Source: Candidatus Hodarchaeota archaeon
Lineage (GTDB): Archaea > Asgardarchaeota > Heimdallarchaeia > Hodarchaeales > Hodarchaeaceae
Direction: 5' to 3'
Length of the DNA stretch: 53,048 nucleotides
Assembly: GCA_016839815.1 (NCBI GenBank)
Contig: JAEOTM010000089.1
Span: 1 to 53,048, forward strand
Shown here: in pieces, positions 19,801 through 32,247 of the stretch
Layout: the number at the start of each line of letters is the position of its first letter
Numbering within the stretch: the stretch's first letter is position 1
Program-made: the position numbers and the translations under genes
Notes under the pieces: model-generated
The model's input: the letters and a program-made list of their open reading frames with translations, nothing else
What the model was told of the DNA's origin: nothing
The model's database searches: none

Positions 19801-19945
19801 CCTCATCTCAAATATTAGCAATCCTATCTCATTAATATATTCTAGAGCTTCGAAACTTCTCTTAGCTAGAGTGGTACAATTTGCATTTCGCCAAGAATTG
19901 TATCAGAAAGCCTCTTATAGCTTAATGAATATTACTTTTCCCTAG

Positions 19946-20281
19946 GTGAGATATATATTGAGTTTTGAGGATTCAGAGGATGAAGCAGCTTTAAAAAATC
20001 GAAAAATGCCGACCATTACCTCATTTCCCTCTCCTGTAGAACCCTGTGAATTAACCCCCACAGAACAACGAGTTTATCTCCAATTATCTCTTGAGTTTAG
20101 TCTTATCTTAGATGATGCTCCTAGTTTCCAGATGGGAGCATACCAGTGGAATCTAATTCTTCCAATTCGTTTACAAACCTTTGCTTTAACAACGGAAGCA
20201 TGGGAAAAATTGTCAGCGCTTGGTGATAACTCGGAGGAGCTGCAAGCACAATTAGCGGATTTAGTCGAACAACATAATTAA
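19946..20281 (+). CDS. Hypothetical protein
   Basis: A 111-codon ORF fills the gap between serS and PAC2. No motif recognised; the start is uncertain. Confidence 0.5.
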   Translation: MRYILSFEDSEDEAALKNRKMPTITSFPSPVEPCELTPTEQRVYLQLSLEFSLILDDAPSFQMGAYQWNLILPIRLQTFALTTEAWEKLSALGDNSEELQAQLADLVEQHN

Positions 20282-20284
20282 GCA

Positions 20285-21073
20285 TCAAATATAGGTTTTG
20301 TCCAATTTCCCAGGTTGTTTCTCGTCATCGACAGCAGCGGTAGCTTGGCCTCTCATCGAAAGAGCTAACTGCTCTATCTTTTCAGCTTGAGCTAAAATTG
20401 GTTCAATTCCGACGCTCAGTGTTGGAATTAATTGATTTAAAACCTCAATAATTCGCGCTGCTGTTCTAATTTCTGGGTAATGCTGTCTTACTTCTCCTAA
20501 AAGGACAATTACTTCGGATTTATTGAACCATCCTTCATTCAGCAAGACTGCACTCAATCCTTTAATCACACCATGATTTAGAGGGGGAATCTGTTTCGAG
20601 TCCAAAATTGATCTACAAGATTCAGTTGTTCCAACTCCAAAAATCTTCATGGGTAAGTGTTGGGGAGAGTGCGCTTGTTCACTCATAAAACCTTCAATAG
20701 ATACTATCCGACTTATTTCTTTTTCTTTTGCCCAGTTAAAGATCTTTCTTCCAATTTCACGAGTTATTGGTGCATACTGGGGAATTTCTGAAGCCAAAAG
20801 CGCTATTTTAGCATCTTCATTTTTGTTTGCGTAGATTCGAATGGGAAACTTAGGCCTATTGAAATACACCATACATACAGAAGGGAGTTGACTACTGTCT
20901 CCAACAGCCACTTGATCATAATTCCAGTGCTCTGGTCGTCCACCTGATTCAAGAATTATGTTTGCTACTATTAGAGCTAAGCTACTTGTGGAAGGGAAAC
21001 ACTCGATTAAGGTTCCTCCCGATAGATCCACATCTGCAATGTCACGGATTTCAAAGTCATGTACAGATTGCAT
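20285..21073 (-). CDS. PAC2-family proteasome assembly chaperone (PbaA/PbaB-like)
   Basis: LIECFPS (cf. LIEGFPG), PKFPIRIY, GVIKGLSAVLL, YPEIRTAARIIEVL and LAQAEKIE. The C-terminus is TYI. Confidence 0.85.
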   Translation of the reverse strand: MQSVHDFEIRDIADVDLSGGTLIECFPSTSSLALIVANIILESGGRPEHWNYDQVAVGDSSQLPSVCMVYFNRPKFPIRIYANKNEDAKIALLASEIPQYAPITREIGRKIFNWAKEKEISRIVSIEGFMSEQAHSPQHLPMKIFGVGTTESCRSILDSKQIPPLNHGVIKGLSAVLLNEGWFNKSEVIVLLGEVRQHYPEIRTAARIIEVLNQLIPTLSVGIEPILAQAEKIEQLALSMRGQATAAVDDEKQPGKLDKTYI

Positions 21074-21152
21074 ACCTTACCTAATGAGGACAAGCCTCTA
21101 AAAAACCTTTACTTAAGAAGAGAAAAAAAGAAAATGGGGAGAGATTCGTTCT

Positions 21153-23396
<2,244 letters not shown>

Positions 23397-23837
23397 TTAG
23401 TTAATATCTACCCTAGTTTTAGGTTTTTTGTTTGCATACGGTGCTTTAACTACAAGAATTCCTGCTTTAAGGTGTGCATTCACTTTTTCTGGGTCAATGG
23501 GTTCCCTAAAATGAAAATGATTTTTATAGTCCTTATCTAAGTCCTCATTCTTGGCATTCAACCACAATCCATCAGGTGTAACTTCCAAGTGGATGTCTTC
23601 TTTCGAGATTCCTGGTATTTCAAAGGTGATTGTGAAAGCCTCATCGTTTTTTTCAACTTCAGGTCTTCCACTATATTCAAAATTGCTGAATCCGCGTGAT
23701 TTGTGGAGAATCGGATATTTTCGTCCAGGATAACCTTGTAGAAAGATTTTAAATGGATCAAATCCACAAGAAAAGTGATATTCCTTGTCTTTTCGTTCGT
23801 TGTCTTTATTATTCATGTTCATTCTTCCTTTAAACAT
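23397..23837 (-). CDS. Small heat-shock protein (Hsp20/alpha-crystallin domain)
   Basis: ITFEIPGISKEDIHLEV, IDPEKVNAHLKAGILVVKAP and a C-terminal V-D-I (IxI-like) motif. Confidence 0.88.
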   Translation of the reverse strand: MFKGRMNMNNKDNERKDKEYHFSCGFDPFKIFLQGYPGRKYPILHKSRGFSNFEYSGRPEVEKNDEAFTITFEIPGISKEDIHLEVTPDGLWLNAKNEDLDKDYKNHFHFREPIDPEKVNAHLKAGILVVKAPYANKKPKTRVDIN

Positions 23838-23875
23838 TTGTTTAAGCTTTAAAACTTTTTTTTTGTTTGATTTAT

Positions 23876-24078
23876 TTTATTCACATATAGTATATATATT
23901 TATCGAATGTGAATAAATATACTAACAACAGTTTACTTGAATATTTAACGTAAAACAGGGTAGAATTTCCTATATTCACATTTTATAAATATTCTTCTTC
24001 TCCTAGTTGATACAAAAGCAATTTTGATGAATTAAAACCCATTATACCTCCCCTCCTCACAGGAAAAATATATTCACA
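23876..24078. promoter_or_regulatory. Candidate operator array upstream of hsp20-cdc48
   Basis: Perfect 11-bp inverted repeat TTTATTCACAT (23876-23886) / ATGTGAATAAA (23907-23917) flanking a TATATATA tract. Further TATTCACA copies at 23973 and 24071. Confidence 0.6.
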
Positions 24079-24105
24079 ATAGAATCAAATATTTATCTCA
24101 AGTGT

Positions 24106-25857
24106 TCATTTAACAAACGTCAATACATTCTGGTAAAAGAACCAGCCTAACAATGTGACCACAACTAGACCGATAAAATCAAGAATTATTCCTAATTTAA
24201 ATATCTCTTTTACCTGAAAATATCCGGTACTATAAGCTACCATTGTTGGAGGTGTACCAACTATTATTGCGAAGTCTACACTTGCAACAATAGCTACAAC
24301 GAGTGCAGTTAAAACGGGATCAATCCCTAACGTGACACCTAAAGGAATAACTATTGGAACGAGAATACTAGCGGATGCTGTATTACTAGCGATTCCAGTA
24401 AGAAAGAGACTAAGAAAACCCAAAAAGACGAGAATCAGAAATGGATGTATACCTTTTAGAAAACCTAACTGCAGTGCAACCCAATCTGCAAGACCAGTTT
24501 TTAAAATGATTGCTCCTAAAGTTAATCCACCTCCAAATGTTAGTAATGCATTCCAATTTATTCTCGTTAAATCTTCTTGCAATAAGTATCCAAAGGAATA
24601 CAAAAGAATCACTCCAATTACTGCAATTATTCCTGCATGAATTCCATGGAATTGTTCCATTAACCATAAACAAAAAACTAGAATAAAAACCAGTAAAACA
24701 ATGATTTGGTCTTTACTTAAGTCATGGAATTCCCTCTTTCTATTTATACTCTTTAATTTCGCAATCTTCATTGCTTCATCTGAAATTGAAGGTTTAAGCC
24801 GAAACCAAAGATAGAAAAACGTAATAGGTAAGAGTAAAGCTAGAACAGGTAACCCAAAGATGAACCATTCAAGAAACGATATTGTAATCCCATTAGATTT
24901 TTGTAATAAATCCACAGCAATATAGTTCGGGGGGGTACCTATCAAAGAACCTATTCCTCCAATTGTTGCTGCATAAGCAATCCCTAAAATCATCATTTTC
25001 CGAAAGTTCAAATATTCTTCATCTAGATATTCCAATAAACTAAGACTAAGGGGAATGAAGATCGCTACTGCTGCTGTGTTTGACATAAACATGGAAAAAA
25101 TTGCACTAAGAACCATCATGGAAAATACAATGAGTTTAGTGTTTGCTGGTACAAAAGAAAGAATTGTAACAGATAGAAGAGTGTCCAATTTTACTCGTTT
25201 CATCGCTTCGGCCATAAGAAACCCAGCAAAAAATAACACGATTATTGGACTAAAAAATAATGATAAAGATCCAGTAGCTGTATCAATATTGAAGATTACA
25301 ATGACGACAGGAACAAGTAAAGCACTTGTTGACAACGGAACGACTTCCGTCATCCACAAAAACGATACTGCAAGCAATAACCCGAGAGCAATATCTGAAT
25401 ATTTAATAATTTGAAATTCAAATAGCAGTTCATGGTTAATGATCTCTTTCGCAGAGAATTTCTCCCTGAAATTAGCTTTTGATATTGAAGCAAAAAAATC
25501 ATTTATTTTAAAATCCTCTGTATCATTTAATGTATTCATAAGGGAGATTCTAAAAATGATTTTATTACCAATTTCTCCAGAGTAGGATTCAAACCAGTTC
25601 ACTGTAATTTGATAGTTATTAGTGGTATTAGAGATTGATAGGGGTGTTTCTGGTTCATTAATACTAGAATTTAGTTTAAATGAGAAATTAATTTGAACTC
25701 TCGTATTATCTCGCTGATAGGTTACATTAACCTGATATACACCATCACTCATTGTTGGTGGAGCAATGAAATAGCCTAGCAAAAATAGTAATAAAGCAAA
25801 TGATACAAACATAACTTTTTTTTGAGAAATTTTGTTCTCTGGGATATCTGCCATCAA
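24106..25857 (-). CDS. DASS/SLC13 family anion:sodium symporter
   Basis: LWMTEVVPL, SMFMSNTAA, AYAATIGGIGSLIGTPPN, ASNTAS and VGTPPT. Confidence 0.92.
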   Translation of the reverse strand: MMADIPENKISQKKVMFVSFALLLFLLGYFIAPPTMSDGVYQVNVTYQRDNTRVQINFSFKLNSSINEPETPLSISNTTNNYQITVNWFESYSGEIGNKIIFRISLMNTLNDTEDFKINDFFASISKANFREKFSAKEIINHELLFEFQIIKYSDIALGLLLAVSFLWMTEVVPLSTSALLVPVVIVIFNIDTATGSLSLFFSPIIVLFFAGFLMAEAMKRVKLDTLLSVTILSFVPANTKLIVFSMMVLSAIFSMFMSNTAAVAIFIPLSLSLLEYLDEEYLNFRKMMILGIAYAATIGGIGSLIGTPPNYIAVDLLQKSNGITISFLEWFIFGLPVLALLLPITFFYLWFRLKPSISDEAMKIAKLKSINRKREFHDLSKDQIIVLLVFILVFCLWLMEQFHGIHAGIIAVIGVILLYSFGYLLQEDLTRINWNALLTFGGGLTLGAIILKTGLADWVALQLGFLKGIHPFLILVFLGFLSLFLTGIASNTASASILVPIVIPLGVTLGIDPVLTALVVAIVASVDFAIIVGTPPTMVAYSTGYFQVKEIFKLGIILDFIGLVVVTLLGWFFYQNVLTFVK

Positions 25858-26065
25858 ATCTGACCTTGTGAACTCATTTATCCCTTACATTTAAAATTTT
25901 CTCGTGAAATGCAATGTAGCTAGTTGAGTAATAATCAACCGTGCTCAAGAAAAAGGAAAGTTTTGCTTTACCAACAAAATTGACCTAGATTTTCTTTTTG
26001 AATTATCCTAAGTAATCATAAAGAATCTTAACTTATTGATTTACACCTAAGATAGAGGCTTAAAA

Positions 26066-27079
26066 TTGGTTTCAGAAACTTTAACTAAGCGTCCACTTCA
26101 TTTACGGAAAGATTTTGACCAAATCGTGGCTTTACTTGAATTAGTATTTGCTGAAGAGATTGAAGCCCGCGGAATGGACATAAGAGCCGAGTTATTAACT
26201 TACAAGAGATTTCTCCCTCTATTCAAGATATTAGGCCTATTTTCAAAGATGTTTCGGTATCCTTTGGTTGGATTTGTCTTTGAAACGAAGGATAAACAGA
26301 TAATTGCTTCCACTAATACTAGTTCAATTGCTAATAGATGGGAAATTGCCATGGTGGCTACACACCCTGATTATAGAAGGCGAGGATTAGCTAAAGAACT
26401 TGTTTCTGACGCTATCGCCTTTGTCAAGGAAAAAAGGGGTAGAATGTGTTCATTAGAAGTAATCGCAGATAACACTCCAGCATATAATCTTTATCGAGAT
26501 TTAGGATTTATTCATTATGATAGTATAGCTGAAATGAAATTAGCTCCAGATCAGTGGCCAGAGATAACGAATGCAAACCTCCCAGAAAAATACTCGATTA
26601 CTCCGTTGAAGCGGAATAATAAAACTGATTCTCAACGATATGAATTGAAGATCAAAGAAACCCCAAACGAAGTTCAAGACTTTGTACCCATTGACAAGAA
26701 AATTTATAAAACCTCCAAACTGAAAAAATTGCTACGTCCATTAATGATTCGTCTTGTTTCGCTTGATGTTACTTCGTGGACGATTTATTCTCAAGAAGAG
26801 CTAGTAGGTACTATTTTTGTTGAATTTAACAAATCTGGTAAGAATCCCCATCGTATTGATCTTGTAATTGATCCCGAACATCAACAATTTCTAACTAAAC
26901 CAATGATACTCTTTGCTCTCTCAAAAATTAATGAGTCCAACATCCTAGATCAGAATGTATTAATTACCAGTAGAAGTACCAATTCCGAAGTGATGAATAT
27001 TTTAAAGGAGCTTGGATTTACAATTATCGAAAATAATCACAAGCTTGGACTAAATCTTGAGTCTGGCTATTATTGGTAG
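26066..27079 (+). CDS. GNAT-family N-acetyltransferase (two-domain)
   Basis: Motif A VATHPDYRRRGLAKELV and motif B NTPAYNLYRDLGF, plus a degenerate second domain ending LKELGF. Confidence 0.88.
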   Translation: MVSETLTKRPLHLRKDFDQIVALLELVFAEEIEARGMDIRAELLTYKRFLPLFKILGLFSKMFRYPLVGFVFETKDKQIIASTNTSSIANRWEIAMVATHPDYRRRGLAKELVSDAIAFVKEKRGRMCSLEVIADNTPAYNLYRDLGFIHYDSIAEMKLAPDQWPEITNANLPEKYSITPLKRNNKTDSQRYELKIKETPNEVQDFVPIDKKIYKTSKLKKLLRPLMIRLVSLDVTSWTIYSQEELVGTIFVEFNKSGKNPHRIDLVIDPEHQQFLTKPMILFALSKINESNILDQNVLITSRSTNSEVMNILKELGFTIIENNHKLGLNLESGYYW

Positions 27080-27100
27080 TTAAAATTTTCTTTTGTTTAT

Positions 27101-27928
27101 TTAAGAATTGTTTTGAAGAAATTGGATCCAATTCTTAATAGATCTTTCCTTCCTCTCTTGTCTGTCTTGATAATAGTAGTCGGGAAAATCAGGATCAGCT
27201 GCTATTTCTTCAAGAGTTTTCCCATTTTCGAGTTTCATTCTGATAAAAGCAATTGAATTAAGGAAAAATTCATTGATTTCCTGTAGATCTTGAATTGTTG
27301 CAACAGGTCCATGTCCGCTGACAACAATCTCTGGTTTTAAATTAATTAGATCTTCTATGGCTTTTTGCCATACAAGAATATTGCATGATTCATCTGCTCC
27401 ATATGGTCCACTCTTATTAAAAACAAGATCACCTGCAATTAAAGTTTTAGTATCCACTTGCCAAAGATAGGTACTTCCTGTGGTATGACCGTCTACTTGG
27501 ATTAATTCCAAAGATTTTGGTCCAAATAACTGCAATCGGTTTTCAAAACAAATGGTAGGATTCGTAAACTGAAGCTTCTTAATTTCATAACCCTCGTTTT
27601 CCCACTCTTTACGTTCTTCTTCATCAATTTTTGCCCAGTATCCCTCCTGAAATCCTTTCATCATAGTTCTAATGTCAGAACAGGCAATTATTGGGACATC
27701 AGAAAACACTTGATTTCCGAAAATGTGATCAGAATGATGATGTGTTAAGATTAACCCGTTTACTGGTTTTTCGAAATATTCTTCGATATCTGTTCTCCAC
27801 TCTGAGGCCAATTTCCAGCTTTTTGTGGAATCCACAACAAAGACCTTCTCTCCTAAGTTAATGGCAACACTATTCCCAAATCCAACATCAGTCCAAATAA
27901 TATGATCTCCAATGGTATTATACTTCAT
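27101..27928 (-). CDS. Metallo-beta-lactamase-fold hydrolase
   Basis: THHHSDHIFGN, GHTTGS, AGDL and SGHG. ATG 27928 (MKYNTIG) is preferred, although the ORF is open to 27967. Confidence 0.9.
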   Translation of the reverse strand: MKYNTIGDHIIWTDVGFGNSVAINLGEKVFVVDSTKSWKLASEWRTDIEEYFEKPVNGLILTHHHSDHIFGNQVFSDVPIIACSDIRTMMKGFQEGYWAKIDEEERKEWENEGYEIKKLQFTNPTICFENRLQLFGPKSLELIQVDGHTTGSTYLWQVDTKTLIAGDLVFNKSGPYGADESCNILVWQKAIEDLINLKPEIVVSGHGPVATIQDLQEINEFFLNSIAFIRMKLENGKTLEEIAADPDFPDYYYQDRQERKERSIKNWIQFLQNNS

Positions 27929-27993
27929 TTCTATTTTTCTCCTACAGAGATTGGTCATCATCTTCATAAATTCATTTTATTCCGATTTGAAAT

Positions 27994-28356
27994 ATGAAGC
28001 AATTCGATCCTGCTCCAATTAAATCAGAAATAACTATAGAGGATATAAATAAAATTGATATTCGTGTTGGCAAAATCAACAAAGTTGAGGATATCCCAAA
28101 ATCTAAGAATATCATGAGACTTACAGTAGATTTTGGTGATCATATTCGCATTATTTTAGCAGGAATTAAACAGGAACGGAAAAACCCAAAAGAAGTTGAA
28201 GGAAAACAAGCACTCTTTGTCGTAAACCTCAAACCACGCAAAATGATGGGAGAAATATCAGAAGGAATGCTTTTTGATCTTGGCTACTCTGACAAAATCG
28301 CTCCAGTATTAGCTATCCCTGAAGTAGATGTTCCTAATGGAACAAGAGCAGAATGA
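27994..28356 (+). CDS. tRNA-binding OB-fold protein (CsaA/Trbp111-like)
   Basis: IDIRVGKI, LTVDFG and VVNLKPRKMMGEISEGML. Confidence 0.9.
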   Translation: MKQFDPAPIKSEITIEDINKIDIRVGKINKVEDIPKSKNIMRLTVDFGDHIRIILAGIKQERKNPKEVEGKQALFVVNLKPRKMMGEISEGMLFDLGYSDKIAPVLAIPEVDVPNGTRAE

Positions 28357-28375
28357 GACTAATCCTACTTTCTAA

Positions 28376-29494
28376 TCATTTTTCTAAGACAATTTTGACA
28401 ATATCTGCATCATGCAAAACATGACGTAGACCTACTTTCTGACCAGGAAACCTTGCGGAAGTCCCCCATACGTTAGCAAATCGAAAATCATTTTTAAATC
28501 GTCGATGAAGCTTTAGACAAATATCCTCAACAGTTACGCCTCTGGAAACAATCATAGGATCATCTAGATCAGCTTTCTCTCCAGGTTTCCGGAGGTATAT
28601 ACGCATGAGACCAACTTTCTCAACTATAATCTCCTTTAACTTATCCAATCCCTTACCTAATTCAGCGGAGATTGGAACAATTTTTCTGCCGATTTGTTTT
28701 TCAAGACGAGGTAGTTTTTCATCATTAACCAAATCCATTTTGTTAACAACAATCAATGAAGGAATGTATCTGCGATTATCAGCTACGACATCAATAATTT
28801 GATCAATTGTCAAATTAGGATCATTCGGAAGATACACATCTGCATTTAGAATCCTATATGTCCGAAACACGTTCGCAATTTCATCATCTGAAAGGCCATA
28901 ACGGAAACCTGAAATATTGATTCCCCCAAAATTACGTCTAATAACTTTAATCCGAGAAACCTTCTGATCTAATCGAATATTTGCTTTCCATAGTTCATCT
29001 AAAATTTTTGTAAGATGATCAGGTCGACGAACATCAAGTAAGATAACAATTAGATTAGCATTTCTAACTGCTGCAAATACTTCCCGCCCTCGTCCTTTAC
29101 CAGAGGCACCACCCTCAATAATTCCAGGTAGGTCGATAATCTGGATACGAGCACCTTTAAATTTCCCATCATATTCCATCATACCTGGAATAGCATCAAG
29201 AGTAGTGAAATCATAAGCCGCCACTTTACTTTCTTTATTAGTAATTGCATTAAGTAAGGTCGACTTACCTACAGATGGAAATCCCAGAAGAATAACCGTT
29301 GCATCTCCATGTTTCTTAATCGAAAAACCTGAACCTTTTCTCTTTGATTTCATTGCTCGATCTACAAGTTCGGATCGAAGTTGTGCAATCTGTGCTTTAA
29401 GTGTCCCGAAGTGCGCCTGAGTTGCTTTATTGTATTGCATCTTTGCTAATTCAGCTTCTTTTTCGGCAATACGTTCTTCGATTTTTTCAGACAT
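28376..29494 (-). CDS. DRG/Rbg1-family OBG GTPase with TGS domain
   Basis: QYNKATQAH, GFPSVGKST, AAYDFTTL, DLPGIIEG, NKMD and WGTSARFPGQKVG. Confidence 0.95.
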   Translation of the reverse strand: MSEKIEERIAEKEAELAKMQYNKATQAHFGTLKAQIAQLRSELVDRAMKSKRKGSGFSIKKHGDATVILLGFPSVGKSTLLNAITNKESKVAAYDFTTLDAIPGMMEYDGKFKGARIQIIDLPGIIEGGASGKGRGREVFAAVRNANLIVILLDVRRPDHLTKILDELWKANIRLDQKVSRIKVIRRNFGGINISGFRYGLSDDEIANVFRTYRILNADVYLPNDPNLTIDQIIDVVADNRRYIPSLIVVNKMDLVNDEKLPRLEKQIGRKIVPISAELGKGLDKLKEIIVEKVGLMRIYLRKPGEKADLDDPMIVSRGVTVEDICLKLHRRFKNDFRFANVWGTSARFPGQKVGLRHVLHDADIVKIVLEK

Positions 29495-29845
29495 TAAGAA
29501 TTCAACTCAGGATATGTTAGATGACGTTAGCAAATTTGAGTTTTGATGATTTTAAAATGCTAGGTTGGATTAAGATCCATTTAAAGTCAATTTAGAAGGA
29601 ATTAATGAAACTTTCAATATTTTTCAAGATTATTATGGGTCGCAAAAGTGTCGTTTGACGATGTCGAAATCTCTTTTTTATCCAGAAATTTGTGTTTTTT
29701 AATCTCTATGAAGATAGAAATTATAAAACACCGCTAGCGAATTTTGAAGTCTTTATATGAAATCAATCAAATATACAAAATACGTATGTCAGAGGTATAG
29801 ATCATATTGTAGTAAGTAAAAATCTGATTGAATAGGAGAATTTAA

Positions 29846-31168
29846 ATGGAAAAGATTAGCGAGACTGTAAGAATTTTTCCAGAATTGTACTCCAGCATCA
29901 ATAAAAAGTGGAATAGATTAATTACGCCGTCATCTGCTTTGATAAATGCTGAAGATCGAAGGAAATCACGATTGATTTCATCTCTTATACTCACAGCCAT
30001 AATAATATTTTTTATTTATATTATTTCATTCCTATTCTTTGATATCTATGTGTTACGATCCGATTTTACTGGAGAAAGGCTTCTATATGTGGTTAGTGAT
30101 TCTATATCACTATTCATACTGATTATTACATTTTTTATTAGTAAATCTAAATACTACTACGCTAGTTCTTTGATATTTCTTATTATTTGTACAGGGATAT
30201 TAATAGTAAATATACTGATTGAAGATGAAATAATTTTCCAAATAATTTTTATTCTTGCCTTATTTTCATTTTTAATAATTTTTACAAGTTTAATGTACTC
30301 AACACGAACATTAATGGTAGGTTTTTTAACCTATTTTGCTTTATTTCTCTTTATTACGACAATAGTCAAACCACAAGAAGTTAATGTAATTTTAATCATG
30401 GGTAGTTTTTTTGTTTTTCAATTTCTTTTAACCATTCTCCAAAATCATTACTATTATCGACGAGTAGCAGAATTAGAGCTGGCTATCAATGAAAAGAATG
30501 ATGCAAATATAAGAGTGGAATTCTTAAATTCCCTCCTTACACATGATATGGCTAATAAAATCACAAGAGTCAATGGATACTTATTTCTGATGAATAAATT
30601 GAATCTGAATAAAGAACAAGAGAAGCATCATGACCAAATTGCAGCTACATGCAAAGAAGGTGCAGATTTAATCACAAAAATCAATCATCTTCGTGATCTA
30701 GAGGATGGTCTGGATTACTCACTCCAAGAGGTAAATCTCAATTCGATTTTAATCCAAGCAGTTGACCTCTATAAAGATCAAGCCACTGCAAGCGGAATTG
30801 AGATTCTCTTCACTAAAGAAACAGAAGCTATTTCCGTTTTAGGAGGGGATCTCCTCAAGGAACTCTTTTCAAATCTTATAGAAAATGCTATTTATCATTC
30901 AGGTGGAAAAATGCTGAAAATTTCGCTTAGTGGAACATCAGAAAAGACTTCGGTGGTTATCGAAGATGATGGAGTTGGTATACCTGAAAATATTACCAAA
31001 AATCTTTTTGAAAGAGGAATTAAAGGAGATCAATCAAAAGGATCTGGAATAGGACTATTCCTTGTTAAATCAATCGCTAATAACCTTAACGCTAATATCG
31101 GGGTAACAAAATCCTCATTAGGAGGAGCAAAGTTCATCCTTGAATTTAAGCAGTTTAAGACTCTATGA
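29846..31168 (+). CDS. Membrane sensor histidine kinase
   Basis: About six N-terminal TM segments, H-box LLTHDMAN, N-box LFSNLIENAI, and G-boxes EDDGVGIP and GSGIGLFLV. Confidence 0.92.
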   Translation: MEKISETVRIFPELYSSINKKWNRLITPSSALINAEDRRKSRLISSLILTAIIIFFIYIISFLFFDIYVLRSDFTGERLLYVVSDSISLFILIITFFISKSKYYYASSLIFLIICTGILIVNILIEDEIIFQIIFILALFSFLIIFTSLMYSTRTLMVGFLTYFALFLFITTIVKPQEVNVILIMGSFFVFQFLLTILQNHYYYRRVAELELAINEKNDANIRVEFLNSLLTHDMANKITRVNGYLFLMNKLNLNKEQEKHHDQIAATCKEGADLITKINHLRDLEDGLDYSLQEVNLNSILIQAVDLYKDQATASGIEILFTKETEAISVLGGDLLKELFSNLIENAIYHSGGKMLKISLSGTSEKTSVVIEDDGVGIPENITKNLFERGIKGDQSKGSGIGLFLVKSIANNLNANIGVTKSSLGGAKFILEFKQFKTL

Positions 31169-31383
31169 ATGGAATGTGGATCCTCTACTGCGAAGAATCA
31201 TAACTTAAAATGAAAAGATAATCGTTTTCACGATGTATTAAAAGAATCGTTGACCAATCTTCCCTGCAAGAGGTAGAGTCAGTGTCATGAAATAAGTATC
31301 CTCGGAAAATTAGTGTAACAATCTAACCCTTTTCATCAATGGAAGAGGTTAAATATCTCTAGGAAAGAAGATGAGTATGTTGG

Positions 31384-32019
31384 GTGCTAAACATGAAATA
31401 TATCTGGAATAGACAAGTGACTCAATCTTCCAGACTATTACTCCTGTGTTTTTTCATCTTTATAATTACTAGTCATCCTAATCAGGACATTGCTTTGACA
31501 TCTGACAAGATAAATAGTGAAGAATGTCCTCTTGATGTGCAGGTGTTAAAAATTGTTTGTGGATGGTGTGGATATTCCGACAACGAAACAATGTGGGATG
31601 ATCTACCACGAGAAGAACTGCATTATGGTTTTGCCAATCTTGACCGAAAAATTCATTCCATTCTCCAAGTAACGTATAGTGTAATGGCTTTGCGCACAGG
31701 TGGAAAATACATAGTCAATCTTTCTAGTTCCCTCTCTCTGCCGGTTATTTTGGCTCCTGGTAAATATTGGAAATGTATTTTCAAAGTTAACCCCCCCTGT
31801 CAGGATATCCAAGCCATACATGTAGAAATCGATGGGATTTGGTTTTCATTCAGCGCTGGAAAAACTTTTAACCCATTTACTACCTGGCCGAAGCACTGGA
31901 CAGATGTGGAGAAATATAAAAGCAATCCGGTTCCTCTAAAGACTTCTTATAAACCATTTTTCTTGTCAGGACTTCTTTTTGTCTGCGTTTGGTTGAAGAA
32001 AACGAAGAGAAAGCGGTGA
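31384..32019 (+). CDS. Hypothetical exported Cys-containing protein with a C-terminal membrane anchor
   Basis: Hydrophobic N-terminal stretch LLLLCFFIFIIT, a CGWC motif, and a hydrophobic plus basic C-terminal tail. Confidence 0.65.
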   Translation: MLNMKYIWNRQVTQSSRLLLLCFFIFIITSHPNQDIALTSDKINSEECPLDVQVLKIVCGWCGYSDNETMWDDLPREELHYGFANLDRKIHSILQVTYSVMALRTGGKYIVNLSSSLSLPVILAPGKYWKCIFKVNPPCQDIQAIHVEIDGIWFSFSAGKTFNPFTTWPKHWTDVEKYKSNPVPLKTSYKPFFLSGLLFVCVWLKKTKRKR

Positions 32020-32247
32020 GAATTAGTTTTAGAAAGGCTTGATTGCATTTAGGAACCCATCCGAATTTATGTCCAATTGGGTTTACTTGTCACAGCCATG
32101 ATCATTTTTGTAATAATAATGTCATTTATCAAAAATGGAATCCTAAAAAAGGAACGAAAAGAGTACTGTTAAGCAGTCTATATGCTCTGTAGTACAGTAA
32201 ACAGAATATATTAGTTTTTGAGGATATATATCACTTAAAAATGGAAA

